This document shows, one piece after another, positions 35,868 to 45,756 of a DNA stretch of 64,000 nt. The translations under genes were made by a program, and so were the position numbers. This stretch comes from Candidatus Eiseniibacteriota bacterium. GTDB lineage: Bacteria > Eisenbacteria > RBG-16-71-46. The first letter of the stretch is position 1. Every line of letters begins with the position of its first letter. The stretch covers positions 1,664,001-1,728,000 of the forward strand of contig CAVQXP010000004.1 of assembly GCA_963717935.1 (NCBI GenBank), in the 5' to 3' direction. The notes under the pieces were generated by a model. The model saw only the letters and a program-made list of their open reading frames with translations. It had not been told where the DNA came from and searched no databases.

Positions 35868-38534
35868 ATGAACCTGAAGAAGACGCCGCGCTTCGTGATC
35901 CTCACGCTGGGCTACACGCTGCTCCTGCAGCTGGCCTTCGCGGGGGCGTTGTTGCTGCGCTTCGAGGGCGCCGTGCCCGCCGTCTTCTGGCGCGGCTACC
36001 TGCTGGCCGCACCCTGGTTCACCGGGCTCTCGCTGGTCGGCTTCTACGTGGCCGGCCTCTATCACGGGTTGTGGCGCTACGCCAGCACGGTGACGCTCTT
36101 CCAGATCGTGAAGGGGGTCACGCTCTCGGCCCTTTCGCTCGTGGTCATCAGCCTCTTCTCCTACGACCTGCTCTTCCCGCGCAGCCTCATCGTGCTCGTC
36201 TGGCTGTGGGAGATCGTGCTCATGGGCAGCGTGCGGTTCGCCTGGCGGCTCTCTCGCGAGCGCCTGCTGGGGCCGGTGCCGCTGCGGGCCGGTCGGGCGG
36301 TCGTCGTGGGCGCGGGACACGCGGGCGTGCACCTGATCACCGAGATGCGCCGCGGGCCCGCGGGCAACGAGGTCCTGCAGGCCGTGGGCTTCATCGACGA
36401 CGATTCGCGCCTTACCGGTCACCTGATCGAGGGTGTGAAGGTGCTCGGCAGCATCGCCGACCTGCCGCGTGTGATCCAGGAGCAGCGGGTGGAGATCGTG
36501 ATCGTCTCGGATCCGAATCTGCCGGCGAAGGTGGTGCGGGAGATCGCGCGCTTCTGCGTCGAGGCGCACGTCCGCGTGAAGACGCTGTCCGGGCTTTCCG
36601 ACCTGCAACACGGCCGCTCGGCGCTCTCCCAGATGCGCGACGTGAGCATCGAGGACCTGCTGGGGCGCCAGCCCGTGCACCTGCACCTGACCGAGGTGGC
36701 CGAGTTCCTGCACGGCCAGCGCGTGCTCGTGACCGGTGCGGGTGGCTCGATCGGATCCGAGCTGGCGCGCCAGGTGGCGAGCTTCGGCCCGGCCTGCCTG
36801 ATCCTGCTGGACCACGCGGAGAACGGGCTCTATTACGTCCACAACGAACTGGTCGCCCAGTTCCCGTCGCTGCCGATGCACGCCCTGGTCGCCGACGTCC
36901 GCGACAACGAGGCGGTCGAACAGGCCTACACGAAGTTCCGGCCCACGGTGGTGTTCCATGCCGCGGCGCACAAGCACGTCCCGCTGCTCGAGGCCAACCC
37001 GCGCGAGGCGGTGCTCAACAACGTGGTGGGCACGCGCAACCTGCTGGACGCCGCCGAGCGGCACTGGGTGAGCAAGTTCGTGCTCATCTCCACCGACAAG
37101 GCGGTGAACCCCACCAGCGTGATGGGCGCGACCAAACGGGTCTGCGAGATGATGATGCAGAGCCGCTCCCACCGCAGCCACACGCGTTTCGCGGCCGTGC
37201 GCTTCGGCAACGTGCTGGGCAGCGAGGGCTCGGTGGTCCCGCTCTTCCAGCGGCAGATCCAGCGTGGCGGGCCGCTGACCGTGACCCACCCCGAGGCGCG
37301 TCGCTTCTTCATGACCATTCCCGAAGCGGTGCGTCTGGTGCTGCAGGCCGGGGCCATGGGGCGCGGAGGCGAGGTGTTCCTGCTGGACATGGGCGAGCAG
37401 GTGCGGATCGACGATCTGGCGCGGCAGCTCATCCGCATGGCGGGGCTGCGCGAGGGCGAGGACATCGAGATCGTCTACACGGGACTGCGCCCGGGCGAGA
37501 AACTCTACGAGGAGCTGCACTCGGACGCCGAGCGCATGCGCATCACCCGCCACGAGCGCATCATGGTCTGGGACCTGGACGCCCCGCCGGAGTCCGAACT
37601 GCTCGAGGACGTGGACGAGCTGGAAACACGCGCCCGGGCCGGGGACGCCGACGGGATGCGCGTGCAGTTGCAGCGCATCGTGCCCGAGTACCGGGAGCCG
37701 ACCCCCGAGAGCCTGGCCACGCCGCAGGAGGATTCCGATCTGGTGGAGCTGCCGGCCGTGGCGCTGGACGGCCCCGAGGCTGGACCGTTGCACGCTCCGG
37801 AGCGGGTGCGGCGGACGCTCGACGTGCTGGCGGCGCTCGGGTTCATCGCGCTCACCGTGCCGGCCTGGGCGCTGGCCTGGCTCGAGGCCCGGCGTGCGGG
37901 CGAGCGCGACCCGTTCCGCCATCTCGAGTGCGTGGGCCGCAACCGCCGCTGGCAGCGGCGGCGCTCGGCTCGCGTCGCGTCGCCCATCGACCGTCGCAGC
38001 GGCGAGCGTCGCACGCAGGACCTGTTCGGCGCCCCCCTGGCCTGCGCCCATTTTCGCGACGACCTCGGGCCGGTCGGTTGCTGGCTGGCGCGCCGCGGTC
38101 TCGACCGTCTCCCGCTGCTCCTCAACGTGCTGCGCGGCGAGATGGCGCTGGTGGGCCCGCGCCCCGAGACCCAGGACTCCGTGCTGCGCTGGCAGTCCCT
38201 TTCGCCGGAGTTCGCGCGCCGCTTCTCGGTGCTGCCCGGGGTGACCGGGCTCGCCCAGCTTTCCGGCTGCCCGGACGGGGATCCCGAGGGCATGGCCTGC
38301 CGCATCCAATACGACCTGTACTATGTCGACCATCGCTCGCTGCTGCTCGACATCCGCATGCTGTTCCGCACGGCTCGCGTGGTCTTCGGCCAGCCGGGCG
38401 GGGCCGCGGCGCGGCTCCGCGATGCCGCGGGGGCCGCAGGGGGCCGTCCGGGCCGTCCGGCGCGGCCGGAAGCAGAGGGGACCACCACGATCGCCGCGTC
38501 CACGCCGACCGCAGTCAAAGGAGTGACACGATGA
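35868..38534 (+). CDS. CapD/PglF-like UDP-sugar 4,6-dehydratase fused to a degenerate phosphoglycosyl transferase domain
   Basis: 4 TM helices; IEDLLGR, TGAGGSIGSEL, FHAAAHKHVP, STDKAVNP, RFGNVLGS, GLRPGEKLYEEL; C-terminal LDRLPLLLNVLRGEMALVGPRP...PGVTGLAQ...YDLYY. Confidence 0.9.
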   Translation: MNLKKTPRFVILTLGYTLLLQLAFAGALLLRFEGAVPAVFWRGYLLAAPWFTGLSLVGFYVAGLYHGLWRYASTVTLFQIVKGVTLSALSLVVISLFSYDLLFPRSLIVLVWLWEIVLMGSVRFAWRLSRERLLGPVPLRAGRAVVVGAGHAGVHLITEMRRGPAGNEVLQAVGFIDDDSRLTGHLIEGVKVLGSIADLPRVIQEQRVEIVIVSDPNLPAKVVREIARFCVEAHVRVKTLSGLSDLQHGRSALSQMRDVSIEDLLGRQPVHLHLTEVAEFLHGQRVLVTGAGGSIGSELARQVASFGPACLILLDHAENGLYYVHNELVAQFPSLPMHALVADVRDNEAVEQAYTKFRPTVVFHAAAHKHVPLLEANPREAVLNNVVGTRNLLDAAERHWVSKFVLISTDKAVNPTSVMGATKRVCEMMMQSRSHRSHTRFAAVRFGNVLGSEGSVVPLFQRQIQRGGPLTVTHPEARRFFMTIPEAVRLVLQAGAMGRGGEVFLLDMGEQVRIDDLARQLIRMAGLREGEDIEIVYTGLRPGEKLYEELHSDAERMRITRHERIMVWDLDAPPESELLEDVDELETRARAGDADGMRVQLQRIVPEYREPTPESLATPQEDSDLVELPAVALDGPEAGPLHAPERVRRTLDVLAALGFIALTVPAWALAWLEARRAGERDPFRHLECVGRNRRWQRRRSARVASPIDRRSGERRTQDLFGAPLACAHFRDDLGPVGCWLARRGLDRLPLLLNVLRGEMALVGPRPETQDSVLRWQSLSPEFARRFSVLPGVTGLAQLSGCPDGDPEGMACRIQYDLYYVDHRSLLLDIRMLFRTARVVFGQPGGAAARLRDAAGAAGGRPGRPARPEAEGTTTIAASTPTAVKGVTR

Positions 38535-39487
38535 AACGAGCCTGTCCGGCAGTGCTGGGAGTGGTCTTCGCACTGGTGATCTCGCTGGCCGCGGGGTCGG
38601 CGCGTGGCGAGGAATATACGATCGGCGCCGAGGACGTCCTGCAGGTCTCGGTCTGGATGCACCCCGAACTGGAACGGGCGGTCACGGTGGGCGCGGACGG
38701 CAGCATCACGTTCCCCCCGGTCGGCGACCTCAAGGCCGGGGGCCAGACCCCGAACCAGCTGGCCACGCGCGTCGCGGACCGGTTGTCGAGCTACCTGCGC
38801 CAGACCGCCACGGTGACGGTGACCGTCACGCAGTACATGAGCCAGAGCGTGTTCGTCTCGGGCGGCGTGGCCAGGCCAGGACGCTACGGCTTCGAGCGGC
38901 TGCCGGGCGTGATCGACGTCATCAGCCAGGCGGGGGGGGCGATCGCCGGGGCGGACCTCTCCCGGGTGCAGGTCATCCGGCGCGAGGGCGATCTGCGGCG
39001 CCCGCAGACGGTGGACGTGGCCCGCGCGCTGCGCGAGGGCACCGACGCGGGGCTGCCGGCGCTCAAGCCGGGGGATACCGTCGTGGTCCCGGTGGAGTCT
39101 GCGCCGGGGGTCACGGCCGGAGGCGACGCGGTCGGCGTGCTGGGCGAGGTGGCCCGGCCGGGTCTCTACCCGGTCGGCGCGGGCCAGGACCTGTGGATGG
39201 TGCTGGCCGCGGCGGGCGGGCTCACCTTGCAGGGCAACCTGGGGGACGTTCGCGTCGTGCGCCCGAAGGACTCCGGCACATCGGTCTTCGGCGTGAACCT
39301 CAAGGACCAGCTGGCGCACGGCGCGCGCGACCCGTTCGTGGTCCACTCCGGCGACGTGATCTTCGTCACCGGTCGCGGCGCCTGGGGCAGCACCTGGGCC
39401 GCGCTGACGCAGTTGCTCTCGATCTCGCGCGACCTCGTCAACGTCGTCGTGCTCGCCGACTACCTCCAGCACAGGAACAACAACTGA
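38531..39487 (+). CDS. Polysaccharide export protein (Wza/SLBB family)
   Basis: YTIGAEDVLQVSVW, DGSITFPPVG, GGVARPG and GEVARPG SLBB repeats. Confidence 0.88.
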   Translation: MKRACPAVLGVVFALVISLAAGSARGEEYTIGAEDVLQVSVWMHPELERAVTVGADGSITFPPVGDLKAGGQTPNQLATRVADRLSSYLRQTATVTVTVTQYMSQSVFVSGGVARPGRYGFERLPGVIDVISQAGGAIAGADLSRVQVIRREGDLRRPQTVDVARALREGTDAGLPALKPGDTVVVPVESAPGVTAGGDAVGVLGEVARPGLYPVGAGQDLWMVLAAAGGLTLQGNLGDVRVVRPKDSGTSVFGVNLKDQLAHGARDPFVVHSGDVIFVTGRGAWGSTWAALTQLLSISRDLVNVVVLADYLQHRNNN

Positions 39488-41730
39488 TGGCCCTGGCACC
39501 GGAGCCCGCCGCCCTGGATCTGCGCCAGCTCACGCGCGTGTTGCTGCGCCGCAGGTGGCTGTTGCTCCTGCCCTGGGTCGCGGCCGTGCTGGTGGGCGTG
39601 GCCGCCGCGTTCCTGCTCAAGCCCATCTACGTCAGCCAGGTCACCCTGATGCTGGAGCGACCGCAGGCGCTCACCGGGCCGCTCGGTGGGATGGTGGGCG
39701 GTGGCGTGAGCAGCGAACAGCAGGCCGAGATGATGCGCGAGCAGGTGCGCAGCACGCCGTTCCTGCGCGGCGTGATCAGCGCGACCGGTCTGAAGAGCGA
39801 TCCGGCGGCGCGTGCCTGGGCGCTGGCCGGCTCGAAGCGCTATCCGGGGCTGCCCGCGGACCAGGAGGTCGAGGCGTTCCTGACCGACTACCTGCGCGGG
39901 GCCATCGACGTGCGGCGTGAGAAGGGTGATGTATTCCAGGTCACGGTCGGCGCCTTCGAGGCGGAGCGCGCCCGGCGGCTCGCCGAGTCGGTCGCGAACC
40001 AGTTCGTGATGGCCTCCAAGGCCGCGCAGCTGGAAGCCGCGCGCGCCACCCAGATCTTCTCGATCGAGCAGCAGGAGGTCTACCGGCGCAAGCTGGCGGA
40101 CAGCGAGGTGCGCCTGGAGGCGGCCGCGCGCGCGGCGCTGGGCAGCGGGGCGCCCCAGTTGGACGCGACCAACGTGGCGCGCGCCCGCGGATTGCTCGAG
40201 CAGGCCAACCTCGAGCTCGAGGAGCAGCGGCAGAAACTCGCCGGGCTCAAGGTCCAGTTGCAGGGCCGGAGGCTCGAACCGAGCCTCGAAATGCTCTCGA
40301 GCCCGCGCACGGCGACGCTTTCCGCGCAACTCGCCGAACTCGACCGCCAGCTCTCCGCCGTCCTGCTGGCGGAGTCCGGCAGCGACGGGGGGGCGAACGT
40401 CCGGCTCCTGATCAGCCGGAAGTACGCCGAGCTGGAGGATGAACTGGACCGCGGCGCCGTCGCGGCGCTGCCCTCCCTTTCGGCGGATGAGCGCGACCTG
40501 CTGGTGCGCGCGCGTCTGGCGCAGGTTGACCTCGCCGCCAAGCAGACCGGGCGCGACGAGATCGGCCGGCAGGTCTCCAGCTACCAGCGTGAACAGTCGC
40601 TCTCGCCCGACCGCGACCTCGCCGTGCAGCGGCTCCGGCAGGAGGTCGAGGCGAACCGGACGCTCTACAACTCTTTCGTCCAGCAGGCGACGGCATCGCA
40701 GGTCAACGAGGCGTTCCAGAACGCGCGGGTGGGGGGACGTTTCAGCGTGCTCGAACCCGCGACGCGGCCGCTCGCGCCCGCCAAGCCCAACCGCCCGCTC
40801 ATCATCCTGCTGGCGTTCGTGCTGGGAGGGGTCGTGGGTGTGGGGACCGCGCTGGTCGTGGAGCAGCACGACGAGTCCATGAAGGACGCCCAGGAGGTGG
40901 AGAGCCTGCTGGGGCTGCCCGTTCTGGGCGCGGTGCCGCGCGATGGCGAGCTCGGGCGTCGCTCCCGCCGCGGCGCGTCCGCCCCGGCGGCCGGCCTTCC
41001 CGCGCTGCACGGGGGGACCGCGGGGTCGCGCGATGGCCTGATCCACCGCCTCAAGGTGGAGAGCCCGCTGGGCCTCGAGTTCCGGCGCATCTACCTCAAG
41101 CTGGCGAAGACGCACGGGCGGATACTGCCGCGCACCCTGATGGTCACGAGCGCGACGCGCGGCGAGGGCAAGACCACGACCGCGGCCTGCCTCGGGATCA
41201 CGCTGGCGCGCGAGCTGCGCGAGAAAGTGCTGCTGGTGGACTTCGACCTGCGCAGCCCCACGCTGCACCGGACGCTGGGCCTGCCCAGCGCCACCTGGGG
41301 ACTGGCGCAGATGCTGCACGGCCGCGTCTTCGACGAGCGCCACGTGCGCGCGACGTCGCTGCCGAACCTCGATTTCCTGGCCGCAGGCCGCTCGGAGCGG
41401 CCCGCGGGCGAACTGGTGGACTCCGCGGCCTGCGAGTGGTTCTTCGAGGAGGCCATCGCCCGCTACTCGCTGGTGCTGGTGGACGCGCCCCCGAACCTGG
41501 CTGTGCCCGATCCGCTCATCCTGGGTCGGGTGGTCGAGGGCGTGTTGTACGTCATCAAGGCAGGCAGCACGATCCGCAAGGCCGCCGAGTACGGGGTGAA
41601 GGTGCAGCGCGAGGCCCGCGACAACGTGCTCGGGATCCTGATGAACGACGCCGGGGAAGTGCTGCCCAGCTACTACGGCTACCGCGCCGGGAGCTACGGC
41701 TACACCCCGAAGGAGGCAGGCGGGGCCTAG
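39487..41730 (+). CDS. Wzc-like polysaccharide co-polymerase / tyrosine autokinase
   Basis: Two TM helices around a coiled coil; PAKPNR; Walker A GEGKTT; LLVDFDLR; VDAPP; C-terminal Tyr cluster SYYGYRAGSYGY. Confidence 0.9.
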   Translation: MALAPEPAALDLRQLTRVLLRRRWLLLLPWVAAVLVGVAAAFLLKPIYVSQVTLMLERPQALTGPLGGMVGGGVSSEQQAEMMREQVRSTPFLRGVISATGLKSDPAARAWALAGSKRYPGLPADQEVEAFLTDYLRGAIDVRREKGDVFQVTVGAFEAERARRLAESVANQFVMASKAAQLEAARATQIFSIEQQEVYRRKLADSEVRLEAAARAALGSGAPQLDATNVARARGLLEQANLELEEQRQKLAGLKVQLQGRRLEPSLEMLSSPRTATLSAQLAELDRQLSAVLLAESGSDGGANVRLLISRKYAELEDELDRGAVAALPSLSADERDLLVRARLAQVDLAAKQTGRDEIGRQVSSYQREQSLSPDRDLAVQRLRQEVEANRTLYNSFVQQATASQVNEAFQNARVGGRFSVLEPATRPLAPAKPNRPLIILLAFVLGGVVGVGTALVVEQHDESMKDAQEVESLLGLPVLGAVPRDGELGRRSRRGASAPAAGLPALHGGTAGSRDGLIHRLKVESPLGLEFRRIYLKLAKTHGRILPRTLMVTSATRGEGKTTTAACLGITLARELREKVLLVDFDLRSPTLHRTLGLPSATWGLAQMLHGRVFDERHVRATSLPNLDFLAAGRSERPAGELVDSAACEWFFEEAIARYSLVLVDAPPNLAVPDPLILGRVVEGVLYVIKAGSTIRKAAEYGVKVQREARDNVLGILMNDAGEVLPSYYGYRAGSYGYTPKEAGGA

Positions 41731-41757
41731 TCTCCGCCAGGCAGGGAGGCCGGTCCG

Positions 41758-42107
41758 GTGAGGCGCCGCGGCACGGTGGCCGCCGCCCGGGGCATTCCGG
41801 AAGCCTCCTCGAGGAGTCGCCGTTGCGCAGTGTCCGGGTACCGAAGAACGTCCGCACCAACCACCTCCGGTTCCTCCTGGCCGGGCTCGTGGACAACGCG
41901 CGCTCGGCCGCTGCAGGCTGGGGCGGGCCGTGCCGCGCGCGAGCCACGGTGCGCTGGCGCGCGATCACCTGCGCGGCGCGTGGTTCGTCCCGGAGCGCGC
42001 GCTGCCGGTCGCGGTGGCCCTCCGGGCGAGCTTGCTGCCGCCAGCCCGGCTCGCCGGACCGCGGCGGCCGGGGTGGGCCGCGCGCCCGGTGGAGCGGCGC
42101 CTCGTGA
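41758..42107 (+). CDS. Possible small hypothetical protein (probably frameshifted)
   Basis: GGGAGG precedes the GTG at 41758; protein-like stretch LLEESPLRSVRVPKNVRTNHLRFLLAGLVDNAR in an otherwise tightly coupled operon. Confidence 0.3.
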
Positions 42108-42150
42108 GTCGGCGTCGCGTGCGGTTGTACGGTGCGGTGAAGGGTCCCCG

Positions 42151-43593
42151 ATGAGCCCGGACCATCCCGGCCCGGGCCCGGCCCCGGTCGCCGAGGCTCG
42201 CGGCGCGGCCCGGCGCCATGCGCGCCGGCTGTCCGCCGGCCTCGCGGTCGCGTTCGGCACGGCGCTGGCCCTCGTGTTGGTCGTGGGGTTCGTGGCGCTC
42301 GACTACCGCTTCGGCCAGGAGCCGCATCGCCTGGTGAAGATCGCGCTGGGCGGGGCGGTCGGCGTCTGGATCCTGCTGATCCCGCGCCTCGGGCTCTTCC
42401 TGCTGCCCGTGGCCACGCCGTTCCTCTCGTGGATGCCCCGCATCCCGGTGCCGGGCTTGAACATCCTGAACGTCCTCCTGTTCACGGTGTTCGCGAGCTG
42501 GGCGCTGGGGCGCATCTTCGCCCGGCAGCCGATCGTGCGGCGCACTCGCCTGGGGAGCCTGCTCGCCGCCATCATGGTGCTGGCCGCGCTCTCCATCGTG
42601 CGGGGCGCCGCGTTCCCCACCGGCTACCACTACGAGGGCCTCGCGGCGGCCTGGGGGCTGCTGCGCAGCGCCATGACCTTCGCCTTCTACTTCCTCGGCT
42701 TGTGGATGGTGCGGGGAGCGCAGGACCGCCGCCGCATGAGCTGGGCCATCGTCATCGGACTGCTCGCCGAGGCGGTCGTGACCATCGCCTTCGGGCGCAA
42801 CGGACGCGGTGGACGGGCCGTCGGCTCCTTCGGCCAGCCCAACGAACTGGGGGCCTTCCTGGCCATGTTCACGGCCTTCGCCGCCGCGCAGCTGCCCGCG
42901 GCGCGGCGCTGGGGGGCGCGGCTCGCGCTGAGCGGGGCGGTGGTGGCCGGCGTCTTCGCGGTGGTGCTGACGGTCTCGCGCGGCGCCGTGGTGGCGCTGG
43001 TGGCGGCGCTGCTCTTCGTCGCGCTGCGCAGCTCGCGCGTCCTCACCCTGATCCTGCTCGTCGCGGGAGTATCCTCGCCACTCTGGGCCCCGGACTACCT
43101 CAAGGAGCGCATGATGGGCATGCAGGTCGAGTCCGAGACCTCCGACGGCGTTTCGCTCGAGGCTTCGGCCCAGTTGCGCGTGGACACCTGGCGGGCCGTC
43201 ATGAAGGTGGTGTCGGAGCATCCGGTGGATGGCGTGGGCTTCTCGGGGCTTGGCTACGTGCTGCCCGCCGCCGGCCAGGAACTGGGTGTCGAGGTCAAGG
43301 ACTCGGCCCACAACACCTATCTGCGTTTCCTGGGCGAGATGGGCGTGCTGGGCCTGCTGCTCTTCCTGGCATTGCTGTGGCGCTGCTGGATGCTGGCGCG
43401 CGACGGCGTGCGGCTCGCGCGCGACCGCGCGGACCGGCAGCTCGCGCTGGGGCTCGCCGCGGCGACGATCGCGTTCGCCGTCTCGTGCGCCTTCGGCGAC
43501 CGCTTCTTCAGCGGGCTGATCTCGGGCAACTTCTGGCTGGCCTGTGCCCTCGTGGACGACCTCGTGAGCGAGCGCCGCGCGGAGGCCGCGTGA
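42151..43593 (+). CDS. O-antigen ligase/polymerase (Wzy_C) family protein
   Basis: Many TM helices; RAVGSFGQPNELG, LTVSRGA, HPVDGVG, SAHNTYL..LGEMG. Confidence 0.88.
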   Translation: MSPDHPGPGPAPVAEARGAARRHARRLSAGLAVAFGTALALVLVVGFVALDYRFGQEPHRLVKIALGGAVGVWILLIPRLGLFLLPVATPFLSWMPRIPVPGLNILNVLLFTVFASWALGRIFARQPIVRRTRLGSLLAAIMVLAALSIVRGAAFPTGYHYEGLAAAWGLLRSAMTFAFYFLGLWMVRGAQDRRRMSWAIVIGLLAEAVVTIAFGRNGRGGRAVGSFGQPNELGAFLAMFTAFAAAQLPAARRWGARLALSGAVVAGVFAVVLTVSRGAVVALVAALLFVALRSSRVLTLILLVAGVSSPLWAPDYLKERMMGMQVESETSDGVSLEASAQLRVDTWRAVMKVVSEHPVDGVGFSGLGYVLPAAGQELGVEVKDSAHNTYLRFLGEMGVLGLLLFLALLWRCWMLARDGVRLARDRADRQLALGLAAATIAFAVSCAFGDRFFSGLISGNFWLACALVDDLVSERRAEAA

Positions 43594-44612
43594 GCGGGCG
43601 TGCGCTGCGCTGGCTCGCGAGCCTGCTGCGGCACCCGCACGGCGATGGGGTGGCGAGCCTGGTCATCATCCGGCACCACCGTGTCTACGGCCCGGGCGAG
43701 CGTCCGCTCTACCGGCTGGGCGTGGGCGAGGACGTGCTGCGCGCGCAGCTCGCGCTGCTGGTGCGGCGCGGCCAGGTGCCTGTGACGGTCTCGGAGGGGT
43801 TGGCGCGGCTGGCGGGTGGGGAGCCCCGCCGCACCGTGGCGCTGAGCTTCGACGACGGCTACGCCGACAACGTGCGGCGCGTCCTGCCGCTGCTCGCGGC
43901 GGCCGGGGCGCGGGCCACGTTCTTCCTCACCGCGGGGCTCATCGAGGAGCGCCGGGCGCCCTGGTGGGACGAACTCGCGCACCTGCTCGCCGGGGCCCGC
44001 GTGGCGCGCTTCGAGCACGAAGGCCGCGTCTGCGAGCTCGCGGACGAAGCGGGCCGGGTGCGGGCGCTGCGAGCGCTCCTGCCCGCGTTCCGCACCTCAC
44101 CCGTGGGCCAGCGGGCGCTGCTCGAGGGCCTGGCCGGGCGTCTCGGGGTCCCGAACCCCGCGCCCTGCGAGCTGGCGACCTGGGAGGAGTGCGGCGCGCT
44201 GCGGGCGGCGGGGATGGAGGTCGGGGCGCACACGCTCACCCACCCCCTGCTCTCGACCCTGCCCGCTGCGGAGCAGGCCGCCGAGATCGGCGGCTCCTTC
44301 GAACTCATCGCGCGGCGGCTGGGCGAGCGGCCGCGCGGGCTCGCCTACCCGGGCGGCGACCACGACGCCGCGAGCCTCGAAGCGGCGCGTGCCGCCGGCG
44401 CCGCCTGGGCGGTGACCACGCGGGCGGGGGAGAACCGCGCGGACACGCCGGCGCTGGAACTGCTGCGCCGCGGACTCTCCGAGGGCGCGTGCCTCGGCCC
44501 GGGCGGGCGCTTTTCGGAGCGTCTGACGCTGGCCGAGCTGGACGGGCGGTTCGAGCGGCTGCGGGCGCGGCGGGCGCGGGCCGGCGTGCCCGCGGGGGAG
44601 GCCGCCGGATGA
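43590..44612 (+). CDS. Polysaccharide deacetylase
   Basis: LSFDDGYADN, ATFF, GAHTLTHP, LAYPGG. Confidence 0.88.
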   Translation: MSGRALRWLASLLRHPHGDGVASLVIIRHHRVYGPGERPLYRLGVGEDVLRAQLALLVRRGQVPVTVSEGLARLAGGEPRRTVALSFDDGYADNVRRVLPLLAAAGARATFFLTAGLIEERRAPWWDELAHLLAGARVARFEHEGRVCELADEAGRVRALRALLPAFRTSPVGQRALLEGLAGRLGVPNPAPCELATWEECGALRAAGMEVGAHTLTHPLLSTLPAAEQAAEIGGSFELIARRLGERPRGLAYPGGDHDAASLEAARAAGAAWAVTTRAGENRADTPALELLRRGLSEGACLGPGGRFSERLTLAELDGRFERLRARRARAGVPAGEAAG

Positions 44613-45756
44613 GCTTGCGGATCCGGGTGCTCTACGTGGTCGGCAACTTCGTCGCGGGCGGGGCGGAGCGCCATCTCGTCGAGCTGTGGAAGGGGATCGA
44701 CCGTGCGCGCTTCGAGGTCGTCATCGCCTGCTTCCGGCGCGAGGGCGCGTTCCTGGCCGAGGTGGAGTCGCTGGGCTGGCCGGTCCGCGAGCTCGCGGTC
44801 GGACGCCGCATCTATGGTGCGGCGGGCCTCGCGGGGTTCGCGCGCCTCCTGCACCTCGTGCGCGACGTGCGGCCGCAGGTCATCCACGGGTACCTCTTCG
44901 GCCCGAACCTCTACGCGGCGCTCGCCGGGCGGCTGGCGGGGGTGCCCGCGGTGGTCGTGGCCAAGCGCAACGTGGACGCCTTCGAGACGCGCCGGCAGGT
45001 CCTGGCGCAGCGGCTCGCGCATCGGCTGGCCACGCACGTGACGGCGGTGAGCGAGGTGGTGGCGGAGTCCGTCGTCGCCCTGGGCGTGCCGCGCGCGCGC
45101 GTCACCGTGATCCCGAACGGGGTGGACGCTGCGCGCTTCGTCCCACTCGCCCCGGTGGAGGAGGCGCGGCACGCGCTCGGCGCGGACGGCTGCGCCGCTG
45201 GTGGGGAGCGTGGGCTGCCTGGCCGCGCGCAAGGACTACGGCACGCTGCTCGAGGCGCTGCGCCTGCTCGGAGGGCCGCGGCGTCGCGTTCCGCGCGGCG
45301 CTGGTGGGGGACGGCCCCGACCGCGACGCGCTCGAGGCGCGCGCCGCCGCTCTGGGGCTCGCGGACCGCGTGCGGTTCCTCGGCGAGCGCGCCGACATCG
45401 ACCGCCTGCTGCCCGGCATGGACGTGTTCGTGCTCTCCTCCCGCGAGGAGGGGATCCCGAACGCGCTGCTCGAGGCCATGGCCGCGGGGCGTGCGTGCGT
45501 CGCGACGGCGGTGGGCGGCACGCCCGAGGTGCTGCGCGACGGCGAGACCGGCTGGCTCGTGCCGCCCGGCTCGCCCGGGGCGCTGGCGGACGCGCTCGAG
45601 CAGGCGCTCACGCGGCCCGGCGAAGCGCGCCGGCGCGGGGAGGCGGCCCGCCGCGCGGCGCGCGAGGAGCTGAGCATCGAGGCGATGGTGCGGCGGCACG
45701 AGGAGTTCTACGAGCACGTCGCCGGCCGCCCATCGACGGGGGGAGGGAGCCGGTGA
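44609..45756 (+). CDS. GT4 glycosyltransferase (frameshifts near 45190 and 45270)
   Basis: GGAERHL, VIPNGVD, DVFVLSSREEGIPNALLEAMA. Confidence 0.88.
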
